Source: Lytechinus pictus
Lineage: Eukaryota
Direction: 5' to 3'
NCBI RefSeq assembly: GCF_037042905.1
Contig: NC_087245.1
Span: 4,342,001-4,406,000, forward strand
Length of the DNA: 64,000 nt
The translations under genes and the position numbers were made by a program. The notes under the pieces were generated by a model. The model made no database searches. It had not been told where the DNA came from and saw only the letters and a list, made by a program, of their open reading frames with translations. Shown here piece after piece: positions 39,117-51,296 of the stretch. The stretch's first letter is position 1; the number at the start of each line of letters is the position of its first letter.

Positions 39117-40972
39117 GTAAGACTAGTTCTTATGTTCTATTAGTTAATATATTTAGCGAATTTTAATGATCATCATAATTTTGAGATTCTATATAGAGCA
39201 AATTCTGTGGTAAATGTAGTTAAACGATCACTAGTAATTCATTTATCGCCCGAGTGTCGTCTACTGCTGTTCTGATTCGGTCCCACGTACCGTGTTTAAT
39301 GTTGTAGTTGCGGTGTAAGGGTTTGCAATGCACTGCACTGTTATTGTTTCATATATGATTACTCACGACTACTACTAGTACTACTAGCCTCGTACGGTAG
39401 GGAGATGGGACTTCCGGGAAAGGTTAGCTACAGCTATGGTTGTGTCTGAAGAGTTCTTCTATAAAAGTGTTATATTTGTGTTTATCTAGACTTAAAGTAA
39501 AACTAAAGTATATAAAATAATCCTGGGGACTGTTGCATGAAAGGGTCTTTCGAGTTTTGTAGAACCGTAAGAACGTGATAATGATATTGCTCATTATTTT
39601 AACCTTGTTCATAGATTAATGAGTGGATATCGCTCAACTGTTTCACGAAGCCAATTCAGGGGATAGGAAGATCGGTCCTTGGAAAGACATGTCCTACGTA
39701 GGCATTTTCTTCTTTGCACACCGTCGGCATTGAGAGAAAATGCATTTACGGCAATCCACTGACATCAACTTTGAACATTTTTGGGGGTCATCCGATTGCA
39801 TTATGGCTGCATTTTATTTTGGGTTGGGCTTGGGTGGCACCAAGTCATGGGGCTGGCATCAATTTCAAAATGGATGTCATTTTCTCCGGGGTATTCTGGG
39901 CCCAAATAATTTGTTTAAAATAAATTTCCTCTTATTTTCTCCACGCCTCTTTTCACCCCTTTTCCATAAAAAAAAAAAACTTGAAATATCGAAATGGGCG
40001 GCAACCTCTCTGACCCCCATGCTTTATTGTTAGATAAACATGAAAACAATTTTTTTTTTAATATATGTATGGTAAAGAAAACATGTGTTCATAACATTCA
40101 GCAACAAAAAAAACAACCCATAACACAATACAAAACTAAGATGTTACTAAGAATATGCTAAGTCATTTATTTATTTTTATTTTCTTTTCTTTATCATCAC
40201 TATTTTTTGCTGAGATTAATTTTAATCAATAAAAATTGTTGGATTGGTGTAAGGTGATGAATGAAAAAAAAAATCTACGGGTAACGTTGCGGTAACAAAA
40301 ATATTAGGCCTAAAGCTTACGAATCTATCACAATCATTACAAATGAAGTTAAGTTTATTGTACCTATGATAGAAAGGGTCATGGAAAGTCCATACAAAAA
40401 GGCGCATTTTAATCATAGGGTAGGCCCTGTGTCATGTTAAAGCAATGTCGCGACTCCTTAACTTTGAAATGTTGAACATATATCTTTTTGATATTCTTGA
40501 AGCTTATGTTATATAAACGTCATAAAGATATCAACTTTAAAGATGACCAACTGATTTGTCGCCAATCTTCCTATCTCGGAAGAATGGTCCTAGGACGTTC
40601 CTACGTATCGTTCATCTAGTCATGAAACAGGCTCCATTTTGAAGTCTTGTTTTGGTTATTTATCTGGACGTTTTCAACGGTAGTGAATCACTTTACATGA
40701 AATCAATATCAAACACATTATTCTAATAAAAGTTACCAAACTTTCACTAGAAATAAGTTCACAAATACCTACAAAGTATAAATAATTTTGTCAAAATCGT
40801 TTTTTCTTTTTTACGATGTCATCATGTTCATCAACTTCATATCAGCCTCCAATCGGACCCCTCTGCAACTAGTATGATAATATGCCAACGGTAGTCTTTA
40901 CTTTACAGGAAGAAGAAAAAGAAAATGTGAATTAATTTTTCATTAGGTCTACTTGAAGTTTGAACATCATGG

Positions 40973-41389
40973 CAGGGTGCTACATAACTTTTTAAAAGCA
41001 CTTGCCCGGTTGGGCTAGTAAATTTTTAAATAGTTGAAATATACTTGCCCAAAATTCTATTTCACTTGCCCGAAAAAATCCTTGAAAAAACAGTTTTACC
41101 TCTTCAAAAGAAAGTTTTGCGGTTTTATAAACCATTGACTTTTCTCTCTTTTGACATGAACTGATCTACCTCGTTATTGCATTTCTTTTTCCACAGTGAT
41201 TTTATCTTGCCTGCCATGACCAAAATTAGGGTCAATTTCATATCATCGACCCTAATTTTGGTCATTCTACTGTGAGAATTTTGCTTGCCCACTTTGGGCA
41301 AGTAGTTTTGGTCTTTACTTCAAAACACTTGCCCGACTCTAACTTTTACTTGCCCCGGGCAATTGGGCAAGTGCTTATGTAGCACCCTG
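40973..41389. mobile_element. CAGGG-ended MITE with 5-bp TSD
   Basis: Perfect 15-bp TIR cagggtgctacataa / ttatgtagcaccctg. catgg on both sides (40968-40972, 41390-41394). Many cttgccc subterminal repeats. Confidence 0.85.
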
Positions 41390-42666
41390 CATGGTATTGT
41401 ACTACCGAACGTGGGAAAAGTTGAGAGAACAACAAAATCACTGATGAGTTATTTTGACCATATTTTATTATTTTGAGAATATAAAGTCAGACTTTGAAAA
41501 TGTGTTTTTAACCATTTCCATCATCTTTCCTTTGCTTGGAAGGATGTTGCAAGGTTTTGAGCATTATGAAATTATTTTCTGATGCATATGATACGCGCAA
41601 TCGGTAATCAAAAGGCCACTCAGTAATACAGTCACTCATTTATTATACCCAGTCCCAGACCGGACAGTGACTTTTCTCAAGGAGTTCTCATCCAGTGAGT
41701 TTAAAAGACAGATCTATCACCAAAAAAAAAAATATTGCTGACAGGGTTATAAAATAAAAAATAGAGTGGCCTGCACCGTTTCCAGCGTTACCACAGTGCC
41801 CTCCATAATGGGGTCAATTGCACTGGAAATCAATCCTGCATACACGCGCTGCACATTGAACAGTGCATTAAATTGCGCTTTTTTGCATAGAATTTCTAGC
41901 TTTTGTGTTTACTGCACAATTACTTTCATTTATTTTTACTGTGCACCTCTATCTATGCATTTTCTTAGATAGTAGACAGCTGAAATCCATCTGTAGTGTT
42001 TGGAGGAGTTTTTAATCCTTTTTTTTTCACTTTTCAAAATTTCTTCTATGTAATTCCACTTGTCCACTGCAACCACCCTGCCTATGGGGAATCTACAATG
42101 TAGATCTATGCAGTACACAACACACATTAAAAAAATCCTTTAAAATATCACTTTTGTAACCAAAAATACTTATTTCCCTATAGTCAAGCCATAGTTGTGA
42201 TTTTTTTTTCATTAGTAACTTGGGGATCATTTTTGCTAAAAAAAATTTTAGCATCTTTTGTGTGGGCTCTCTTTTGGTGGAAAGTAATATTGCAACAATA
42301 TCTATTTTTAATTTCTAAGACATAATTTAAAAGAATATTAAACAGATATTTACTTCAGAGCCAAGTTATATGATGAATTGTTGTACTGGATACTGACAGT
42401 GTGAAGAAAAAAATCAAGTATTTGTCCCCAAGAACAATAAGCCAATCATTGCCAACCTTATTTTCCCCAAACAGGGAGTCCTATAAGAGAACAAGGTAAT
42501 ATCATAACCTTGTTCATGGAATGAGTGATGAAATTGGTGTATGGAGAAAATGGAGTTCAGCAGAACAACCAATTAATATAGAGACCAAAGCTCTTGTTCT
42601 ACTTAGAGAGTAAATTACCTCTTATTGATGCTTAAATATTGACAATTCTTTCACTTTTTTTTCCAG

Positions 42667-42812
42667 AATACAACCAAATTTGGAAACAAGGAACAAACAA
42701 CTACAAGCTTGGTGTGATCTATTTTTAGCATTTCATAAATACCACAGAATATACACAGTAGATCTGAAAGAAGCGGCAAGCAGTGAATTATTCAACAATA
42801 CAAAGCTAAACC
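42667..42812 (+). CDS. VPS25: VPS25 exon 2
   Basis: ttccag acceptor; IQPNLETRNKQLQAWCDLFLAFHKYHRIYTVDLKEAASSELFNNTKLN; followed by gtatccttt. Confidence 0.95.
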
Positions 42813-43191
42813 GTATCCTTTGAAACAAAACTTGTATGATTTCTTTTTAGAAATCTTATAATTCTTAATTGCTTTTATTATATTTTTATTAATTATTAAT
42901 AATAACAACTCTATATTATGGTTGTTCCACTTTATATGTTTGTCATTTTGCCTCCGACGAAGATTCTGCTGGGATCGAAAGCTAAGGCCCCTTTTGACTT
43001 TCTAATTTACTCCATTGGCTCTCTTTTATTAGATAAGCAGTTTTCAGCAGCTTCTTTTTGCCAACTAAAACAACACAACAATAATAAATTAATAATAATA
43101 ATGATAATAAGAAGAAATCATTATTTGTTTCTGTACATTATCTGTGTTTTTTTCAACATGAAGAATGCAATCCTTAACTTCTCAACGTCAG
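42813..43191 (+). other. U12-type (minor spliceosome) GT-AG intron in VPS25
   Basis: 5' splice site GTATCCTTT; branch motif TCCTTAAC at 43171-43178, 13 nt before the end of the intron; joining the exons keeps the VPS25 frame. Confidence 0.92.
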
Positions 43192-43245
43192 GGAAATTGT
43201 CAGGAGAAGGAATATTATTAGTCTTAGAAGAACTCAGGCAAAAAG
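43192..43245 (+). CDS. VPS25: VPS25 exon 3
   Basis: (R)KLSGEGILLVLEELRQK(G); donor gtgagt. Confidence 0.95.
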
Positions 43246-43421
43246 GTGAGTGAATGGGTGATAAAAGTATTCAAAATGCAAAGTGGAAAGATGGAGAGAG
43301 TAAATATTAGGTCATTGTGAAATGATTAGATAAGCAAATGAAATTTAGTGATGTAAATATATCATCAAGGACACTTGTCTCGGCAGAATTATATTTCTGT
43401 GTTATGTTATCTGTAAAGTAT

Positions 43422-43680
43422 TTTGTCTCACTTGCTAAGCAGAAGGGACATGTAGGCGCCGCTTTCCTGCTGATGGCGGCATCATGGGCAACAAATTTTC
43501 ACCAAGGTTAAGGTTTTGACGTGTCATCATAACTTTGAAAGTATAAAGACCTATTTCATGAAAAATTGTGCATAAGGGTAATCAAGTGTTACTGATCATT
43601 TTGGCATGAGTTTAAATCAAGAATGTTGCTATATTGACTTGCAAAGTGAAGGCAAGAATTCTAGGGGTGTTCCACTTGTT
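43422..43680 (+). mobile_element. Short copy of the Helentron/HINE-like family at 51805-52765
   Basis: Shares tttgtctcac start, ccaaggttaag and ggtaatcaagt units and ttccacttgtt end with the longer copy. Confidence 0.55.
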
Positions 43681-44002
43681 AACGCTTAATCATTCATTTA
43701 TACATATATGTATTTATAATCATTTATGCATTTGATTAATTCACTGCATTTTTCTTTCTGCATCATCTGAAGAATGTGTATCAATTTGTAATGTATTAAA
43801 TGTAACAATAACTTGACGAAACTGCCACTCTTGAACCATTTTTATATCAGAGGGGAAAGGTCTTCTAACATTGTATTTTAGAATACCATTAAATTTTTTA
43901 TTTGTATTAGAGCATTTTATGCTCCTTCTGTCACATATTCTTTTGAAAAAGAAGAATTTGAACATTTGGCATCTTGTTTTTTATTTCTTTTTCTTCATGT
44001 AG

Positions 44003-44091
44003 GAAACATTGAATGGACAGACAAAGCAAAAACAAGATGCCTTGTAATGTGGAGGACACCTGAAGAATGGGGAAATCTCATTTATAAATGG
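44003..44091 (+). CDS. VPS25: VPS25 exon 4
   Basis: (G)NIEWTDKAKTRCLVMWRTPEEWGNLIYKW, the conserved WRxPEEW motif. Confidence 0.96.
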
Positions 44092-44432
44092 GTTTGTTAT
44101 AATACTCATTAAGTAGCTTAACAAAAGTTTCTCTTTCCCTGCTTCTTAGATGCAAAATTTGCTGAAATAAAGCATGTGAAAGTAACTTATATACAGTACT
44201 TTAATGAATGTCATCTGCAAACTTTGGATATTGATGTGCAATATACATTAACTTTGAATCATTAAAAAGAAATGCTCCTTTAACCTGAGAACTTTATCAT
44301 TTTAAAACAGATTATTCATGTTTCGGACTTCCCAGTACAACACCCTTAGGTCTTTAATTTCTTATGAATTCCTTTAATTAATAATCAGTCATATTGTGAG
44401 ACAGGATTTTCTGTTTTTTCGTTTTTTTCTAG

Positions 44433-44508
44433 GCAAGTAATAATGGAATGAACAACTCTGTGTGTACTCTTTATGAAATAGCACAAGGAGAAGATAATAG
44501 GGATGAAG
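44433..44508 (+). CDS. VPS25: VPS25 exon 5
   Basis: ASNNGMNNSVCTLYEIAQGEDNRDE; ag/gt boundaries in phase. Confidence 0.95.
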
Positions 44509-45149
44509 GTATGTATACATTCCACATGTTTCATGTTAGTTAATTTCTAATTTCTTCATGAACGATACTGACAAATTAACTGATATACAAAGTTGTGCTG
44601 AACTCAATACAAGTTTAAATGGCTCAACAACAAAAGACATTTACAATGTAAATGAGGCAGAGTAATGTTTTGTATTTATATTAATGAGTAATAGAAATTT
44701 ACATAGATGCTCTGGAAAGTCAGAAAGTTAGGGCATTTAGTACAGTTGCATGTGTGTTAACCTAATTCACTGAAATTTGTAAGCTACCGCCTCCTTAAAG
44801 AAGAAATAAAATAAATTGCCCAAAGTAGGAGGAGAAAATCATTTAATGATTAAGTGCCCATATTCACTGTACGGAATGGTTAAGATACTGAATATTATTT
44901 CCCTGACTGAGTTTGACCTTTCTGCCATCCCAATTTGTGAGCATTTCAAAGAAGCAACATTCTTGCCCATTTATTTAAATTCATGTCTTTTGTTTTCGAC
45001 CCATTTAAACTTGTATTGAGTTCAGCAAAACAAGGAGGAATTTCTGAAATGTGACTTGCAAAATCCCCAGACCGTATTGGGAAATATTATGGAAAATAAG
45101 TAAATCTGAATAAAGTTATGAGAGCATGCTACTGTAATGTTGTTTCTCT

Positions 45150-46107
45150 TTAAAGATCCGGACCGGACCCAAAAGTGAAATGACAAATCAAATCATACAC
45201 CAATTAATGATAATGAGAATAATATATAGCATTTATGAGGCGCTGATTTATCTAGTTTCCTATTCAATGGTGCACTTTACATTACCCCAGCTGTAGCTCC
45301 AGCTACTCAAGGCAGTAAGGAATTAATACTGCTAGGTACCCATTTACCTCACCTGGGTTTAGTGCAGCACAAAGAGGATAAATTCGAAAGCTTATAAACA
45401 ACTAGACACAGCAATGCAAGCTCACCACTTACCAGCTGAATATTTTGCTAATGAACTGCTTCGAAAATAGGCTGTCCTGTGCTTTTCACCGGGGTCAAGA
45501 CTGATGTCACGTTGCGTTAGAAGTGTTGTGATTCCATAGGTTTATACACAGAAAAATTGGTGATTTTTCTGCTTTTCAGATTATGCATTGTATTTTGTTT
45601 ACATCTATTGCATAGAGATATATATATATCTTTTCCGGCAAGCTTGAATTGATGAAATCTACAACTTTGGACTAGTTTTTGCCATATTTTATTTCCTGCT
45701 TATTTGTTGCAGCTTTCCAATACTATCTGCTTTCAGATCATGTGTATCAGCTTTTCCTGACTTAGCAATTTAGGCTCAGTAAGAGCAGAAAAAAAAAATC
45801 ACTTAAAACCTAGTGAAGAGTTGTAGGTTTCCATCTATTTGAGCACTGAATAATTGTCAGTACCATTTTCTTCTGCAAATTGAAAAAAAATCTACTTTAT
45901 AATCTGAAAAGCAGAGAATAACCCAGTTTTTCTGTGCACAAACCTGCATGTATGGAATCACAATGCTTCTAACACAACATGACATCATAGTCTTTGAGTT
46001 TTTCTTAAGCAAAATACTCAGCTGTAAAGTGGTGAAACTTACAAGCTTAGAAGCTTAGATATTTTCCATTTGTCAATATCACTTTTAGTTCCAGTCTGGG
46101 TCTTTTA
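45150..46107. mobile_element. Long palindromic TTAA-type MITE with a SINE fragment in its left arm
   Basis: aaaagtgaaatgacaaa pairs with tttgtcaatatcactttt; tctgcttttcagatta pairs with taatctgaaaagcaga. Confidence 0.75.
45205..45385 (-). mobile_element. 5'-truncated SINE fragment
   Basis: attaccccag and ggtacccattta...cacctgggt shared with the SINE at 1489-1847; aat-rich tail. Confidence 0.65.
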
Positions 46108-46403
46108 GCATTGCTGTATTTATGTCAGCATTTTTTATCTGTTAAAGGTTTGTATAATTCAGCTCATGCTGCAAATCAGTCTTAAAATAAAATAACATTA
46201 TTGTTATTACATTCTATCTTTACATCTGCACATGTATTACTCATCCCTTTTTTTAGACCATTTCTTCTTTTTAAAGGTACAAAGGTGTCTCTGACTTGGT
46301 TGATATTAATCTTGCTGGTTATCTTTGCTGGAGTATCAGAAATATTTTGAGTCAAATATAAGTGCACATTTAAACCATTCTTCAATTCTGTTATATCTTT
46401 CAG

Positions 46404-46516
46404 AGTTCCATGGACTAGAAGATTGGCTGCTGAAAAGATCATTGAAATGTCTGGAAAGACAAAGGAAAGCAGAACTTATCTCTTTTGATGGGAACGAAGG
46501 GGTAAAATTTTTCTAG
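46404..46516 (+). CDS. VPS25: VPS25 exon 6 with stop codon
   Basis: EFHGLEDWLLKRSLKCLERQRKAELISFDGNEGVKFF*, the VPS25 GVKFF C-terminus. Six exons total 528 nt = 175 aa plus stop. Confidence 0.96.
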
Positions 46517-48286
46517 GACTGATATTTATAGATAAATGAAAGTAGTTGCAGTAAACACAATTTCATGGAAAAGTCTGTAAAACCAAGATTTATTGTCGAT
46601 ATATCAATATGGATCTAGATCTGGAAGATTAATTACTTATTTTTCTGTTTAGGAATATGACTTTTCCAACAACAGGTTCGCAAGGGAAAATAATATAGGA
46701 TGGAAACGTACAACACTATACCATATTTGGGATTTTGTTTCTATTTAATTTTTATTTTCATATGGTTGCAATGCAAGCATCACAATCAGATAGCAGATAC
46801 ATATGACAAGCTTTTGATCAAATTAAAGTGACAAAGAACTGTAGGTTTCATCAAATCTAACTTGAAATACTTTCAATATTATTTACATGGAAAAGTCTTT
46901 GAGAAATGTTCAATCTATAATCTGGAGATCTTTAAAAAATTGTCATCTTTTTGATATATGTAAACCCAAACTTGCTCTTATGACATAAGAGAAATTAGGC
47001 ATTTGATGAATGTAATAAAACCTGTTTGTGTTTTAAAGATCCTAAGACACAAAGGCCATCTTATTCTAGATACATATCTATTATTAGGTAGTTTTACTTG
47101 AAAAATACGAATTTGCCATCGGTTTCTGTGTACAACGAACCGGTGTTGAGTTATTCCATGGAAATGAACTTCAACGGGAACGCCCACTAAAATTTTTCAA
47201 AAAAGTCGGCTGATCGACCTGTCAATCATTGTGACGTCATCGAAGGAAGGCTTTCTCAGCTGTGCAGCCGTACCCCTAGTTATTGTACATGTTTCTCGTG
47301 TAGTTTCTGTTTCGACCGAGCTCATCCTTAACAGATTTTTTAGATTTTTACGAGGTTTTGATCATGGCTGCAGCATCGTCATCAGCTGCGTCTGATTCTT
47401 CAGACTTTGAAGATTCAGGTTCTGAATATTATTCCAGCAATTCAATTTATTTACTTTGAATCCACACGTGCAACCACAATAGGCGCTTCACGCTCCAAAC
47501 GTCAACAACACTCAGCAGCTTCCTTCCCTGACGTCATAAATGGTCACGTGATATACGAAACCAAATCGGGCTGAATTTTGTGGGCGGGGCGAATTTGGCT
47601 CAATTTTCAACATAAAATTGCCTTTGAACCTGATGTGGGATGTTTTACGGGTAAAATTTTGATGGAATCGTAATTAGTAACCACTAAGCTAACAAATAAA
47701 TCAGCATCTTTGCTGTATTTCATGGGACCGTTAAGCTTCTGAATATGAGGTAATTTCAACAAAAAATATCTACGGTTAGTGTTAATCAGTGAAAATGCAT
47801 ATATTTGCATTATTGTATTGTAGTTCTTTTCACGGATGTATAGTAATTCTGGCTTCCGATATGGTCTTTTAAGTTTTTGCATGTTCTTGCAAGACAGTAA
47901 GGTATTTATTTATTTTATTATGCAAATTTCAGTCTATTGTTAGTTTGCTAGCTAGCTATTTATCTTATGCTGATTTCTTTTTTATATCCCATTTTCTAGA
48001 CTGAGATACATTTTAATTGGGCCCATTTTGTGTGGACCTTGTTTTATCATGTGGAGAAATGGATGATATTGTGAACATATCATTTAGGGCTTCCTAATAT
48101 CATAACCTTTTTGAAAATTTCAAGGAACTGTTTCATTAAAGTTTTCAGCTCTGACAATTTCACTTAAATTAATTAGATGAGAAGCAATGATCTCTAATTG
48201 TGATTTTGGTATTTGTCAGAAATGCAACTTTTTGGTACTGAAACCTTTCATGAATAATTATAAGATTCTTGGATACAGAAAGATGT

Positions 48287-48669
48287 TTAAAGATAAATGA
48301 ATGTATTTGTAGTCATTTGTAGTCACTGATGTCATGAGAAAATCTGTAACATTAAGATTAATTGTCACTATAATATCATCTAGATTTGGTACATGAACAG
48401 AGTTTTGTGAAATCATGGAGTCTAAACTAAAAGAACCACATTAAAGTGTGCCAACACAGATTAGCACATGTGGGACAGTGTATTATCAAGGACCAAAATT
48501 TGACTGGAAAGTCATGCTTACTTTTCTAATTTCCCAGCAATTACAAAATTTCTTCCAAAATCTTTTGGCGCATATTTCTAATTCAGAAATGCACTTTTGG
48601 GTGGTCCTTTTATTGGATTCTGTACGAATTTGTTTCGAAATGTGTTGCCCCATTGACATTTATCTTTAA
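48287..48669. mobile_element. TTAA-flanked MITE, decayed copy of the 53899-54300 family
   Basis: ttaaagataaatg...catttatctttaa; shares tgtgggacagtgtat and ttggattctgtacgaa with the other copy. Confidence 0.75.
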
Positions 48670-49015
48670 TTTTGAGGGTTTTTTTGGCAATCCTTACAGA
48701 TTTGTTTGCTACTGTCTCTATAGTGAATTCAAATGTTACATTTTCCAATATTTAATAAATATATATAAGTACATGAGCAGTCACAACATGATCAGCAATA
48801 TTGAGGAAATATTAAAGAAATGTGTGCTGTCTGTTTTTTACTGTTCTGTAAAGTTAAGCAAACTTGAAAACACCATATTCTTATTTTACATTCTAATTTG
48901 ATAACGAATCAGTGTTATGCTTTTATGTTGCTGCATTTCCTTGTTTTGTTCAAATCAACATCTTGGGGGTCGACCTTTCAAAAGAATAGACACTCTCCTT
49001 ATCAGTAAAACTGAT

Positions 49016-49237
49016 ATTGGTGATTGGTGATTGGTGGTGATTTTTTACCTGATTGCTAAGAAAGCATGAATGCTTGTAAGCAAGCAACCAGAGGACCGAC
49101 GGCTTAAGGTCCTCTCCGAAGGACCTGGTACTGAGGATTAATGCCTTACCAAAGGGCACTAGCGCACCAAGTGGGAATCGAACCCGGGTCACCGGAATAC
49201 GAATCCCCCGCTCTCCCGACTGAGCTATCGCGCCTCC
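49016..49237 (-). mobile_element. tRNA-derived SINE
   Basis: Minus strand ggcgcgatagctcagtcggg (A box)...gggttcgattccc (B box), then gtgccctttggtaaggcattaatcc body and (caccaat)n tail. Confidence 0.85.
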
Positions 49238-50712
49238 TAAAATTGAATTAGTGCCCTCTCATGTCCACCATGTCCACATCTTTATATAAAGGGTAGAGAG
49301 AGTGTTCTATGTAAAAGGAGTTTGCTCCTTGTAGTTCCAGGGCAAGTCGGAGGAGCAATTTTGTAGAAAAATAAAATCATTTTGTACTAATTTCCATTCT
49401 AGTAGCATTGAATGGTCTATAGCTGATCATGCATTTGCATTTTAAAACATGAAAAATACATGACTTTTGCTATGTTGAATATTTTTTGTATTATAAGCCT
49501 ATATAAATAAATGTACATATTATGACAGAAAAGCAGGAATTTTTTTGGTATCATTTTGCCTTTATACGATACATTTTTTTTCTGATGGTGTGTATGGAGT
49601 TAGATATCTTGTCTTTTCTTGTTTTTTTTTGGTTAAGTATGAGAAATGTGACAGTTGAAGGAAGGAAAGAGTGGGAGAAGGGGGTAGCCTAAAGCTAAGG
49701 GAGGGAGGAGGGAATTTGAGAAGATAATATAGGGGGAGGGGGTTGGTAAGAGTCAGGGGAAAGAGGCCGGAGCAAGATGAAAATGAAGGGGGCAGCTTAA
49801 GTGAGGTGAGAGAGGGAAATAGGAATGAGGGTGGGTAGCTATTATATAGCCTAAGGAGGAAGAGAGTGAGGGGAATGGAATTAGAGGGATACAAAAAGGG
49901 AATCCGAGATGAGGGAAAGGGTGATAGGAGGTAGTATATCAGTGCATGGAAGAATATAACAATGGGGGTGGAATGGCTGGGAGAGACTTCTGCTACCTTC
50001 TCACTCCTCTCAACTTCTTCTAACTATTGGAGAAAAAAAACATCTTTAAGAGTTGGAAAAATTGTATTTTGTCAATTAAAAAAAAATGTTTATGTTGGCT
50101 TATTATGAAAAAAATAGATGGGTATAGGGTTTATGACCATTTGATTTTTTTTTGCATGGAAGATACCATATTGTGTCCGCAGTCGCCGAATTTTTGTTGA
50201 GAGGATTTTCCTGGCTGCTGCATGCTACCACTGATCCATCTCTCAGTGGCTCCTAGCCTACTGAGTAGTTGTTGTGGAAGCTGTGCTATTCATTTGGCTC
50301 TTTTCGATCTTCTCAATGCCTTTGAAATTATTTAGGAATCGTTTAGCCTAGAGATGGTAACTGTTTGAATTTCCCAACTACTCTAAATCCTGCTCGACGC
50401 TCGTAGCCGGAGGAGGCGGCACGGCATGAACTTTGCCTCTTGTTATTCTGACCGTACCCTGAACTTTCCCGTGAGAATTTGGGAGAAACACGATCCTTCG
50501 GCATGTTCGAAGTGCTCCTGTAGCTGTTTGTGGTATTGCAGATGCAGAGAGGTCGAGAATCGAGCTGATGTCGTGACCGAAATAAACGTATTTAGAGTGG
50601 AATATTGTTTGGGAGGAGCAGAGAGCCTTTGAATTCCAGCATATTATATCAGCTATTTGGAAACATGGAAAAAGTGTATGTAGACTAAATTTTAATCGGA
50701 AAACAAAGGGGG

Positions 50713-51296
50713 TGCTAATGCAGTTTTGCAATGCAATGCCAATATGGGCGACTTCAACTATTTCAAGCAAATTTCCCCTCCAGAATTTGTTTGAAAATGT
50801 CATCATGTCAAGTCTCTCAGACTCAGTTACATTTCGAATTCGAGGTCGATAAATAATATGCCCACTGCTTTCACAAGTATTGCAATCGGGAACAGAGTTC
50901 TGCTTTAATAACCTCGATATCATCATTCAAATTCTTAGACATCGCTTAATTCCCTGGCCTGGGGCTTGGCTTCGCCGTAATTTTGATATGTTCCTGAAGT
51001 TAGCGACCAGAATCATGCGAATAAGTGGGTGAGCTGCCACAGGCATATCTTTTGGTCACTAACTAATTTCAGTCCATATCAAAATTACGGCGAAGCCAAG
51101 CGAAGCGCGATGTCCGACTGAGAATTTGAACGATGACGTCGAGATCGAAGCCGAAATACACCCTTCAGCCTTTTCGATCGCGATATTTGGAAAAGCGGTG
51201 GGCATATATATTGACCTTGAAATTGCCATGACATTTGCGAACAGTTTCTGATGGGGAAATTTGCTCGAAGTCGGCCGGTGCGAAACTGCATTAGTG
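50713..51296. repeat. Long imperfect inverted repeat (foldback remnant)
   Basis: Exact 27-bp arms at 50964-50990 and 51075-51101; outer matches gcaaatttcccc / ggggaaatttgc and ctaatgcagttt / aaactgcattag. Confidence 0.8.

Noticed and set aside
42918..43191. 5' part of the 111-aa ORF
   Set aside because: Intron read-through; only 43192-43245 is VPS25 coding.
49160..49237. tRNA gene
   Set aside because: Head of a SINE continuing into a repeat body and simple-repeat tail.
50378..50926. 182-aa minus-strand ORF
   Set aside because: No recognisable domain; overlaps the inverted repeat; no convincing splice context.
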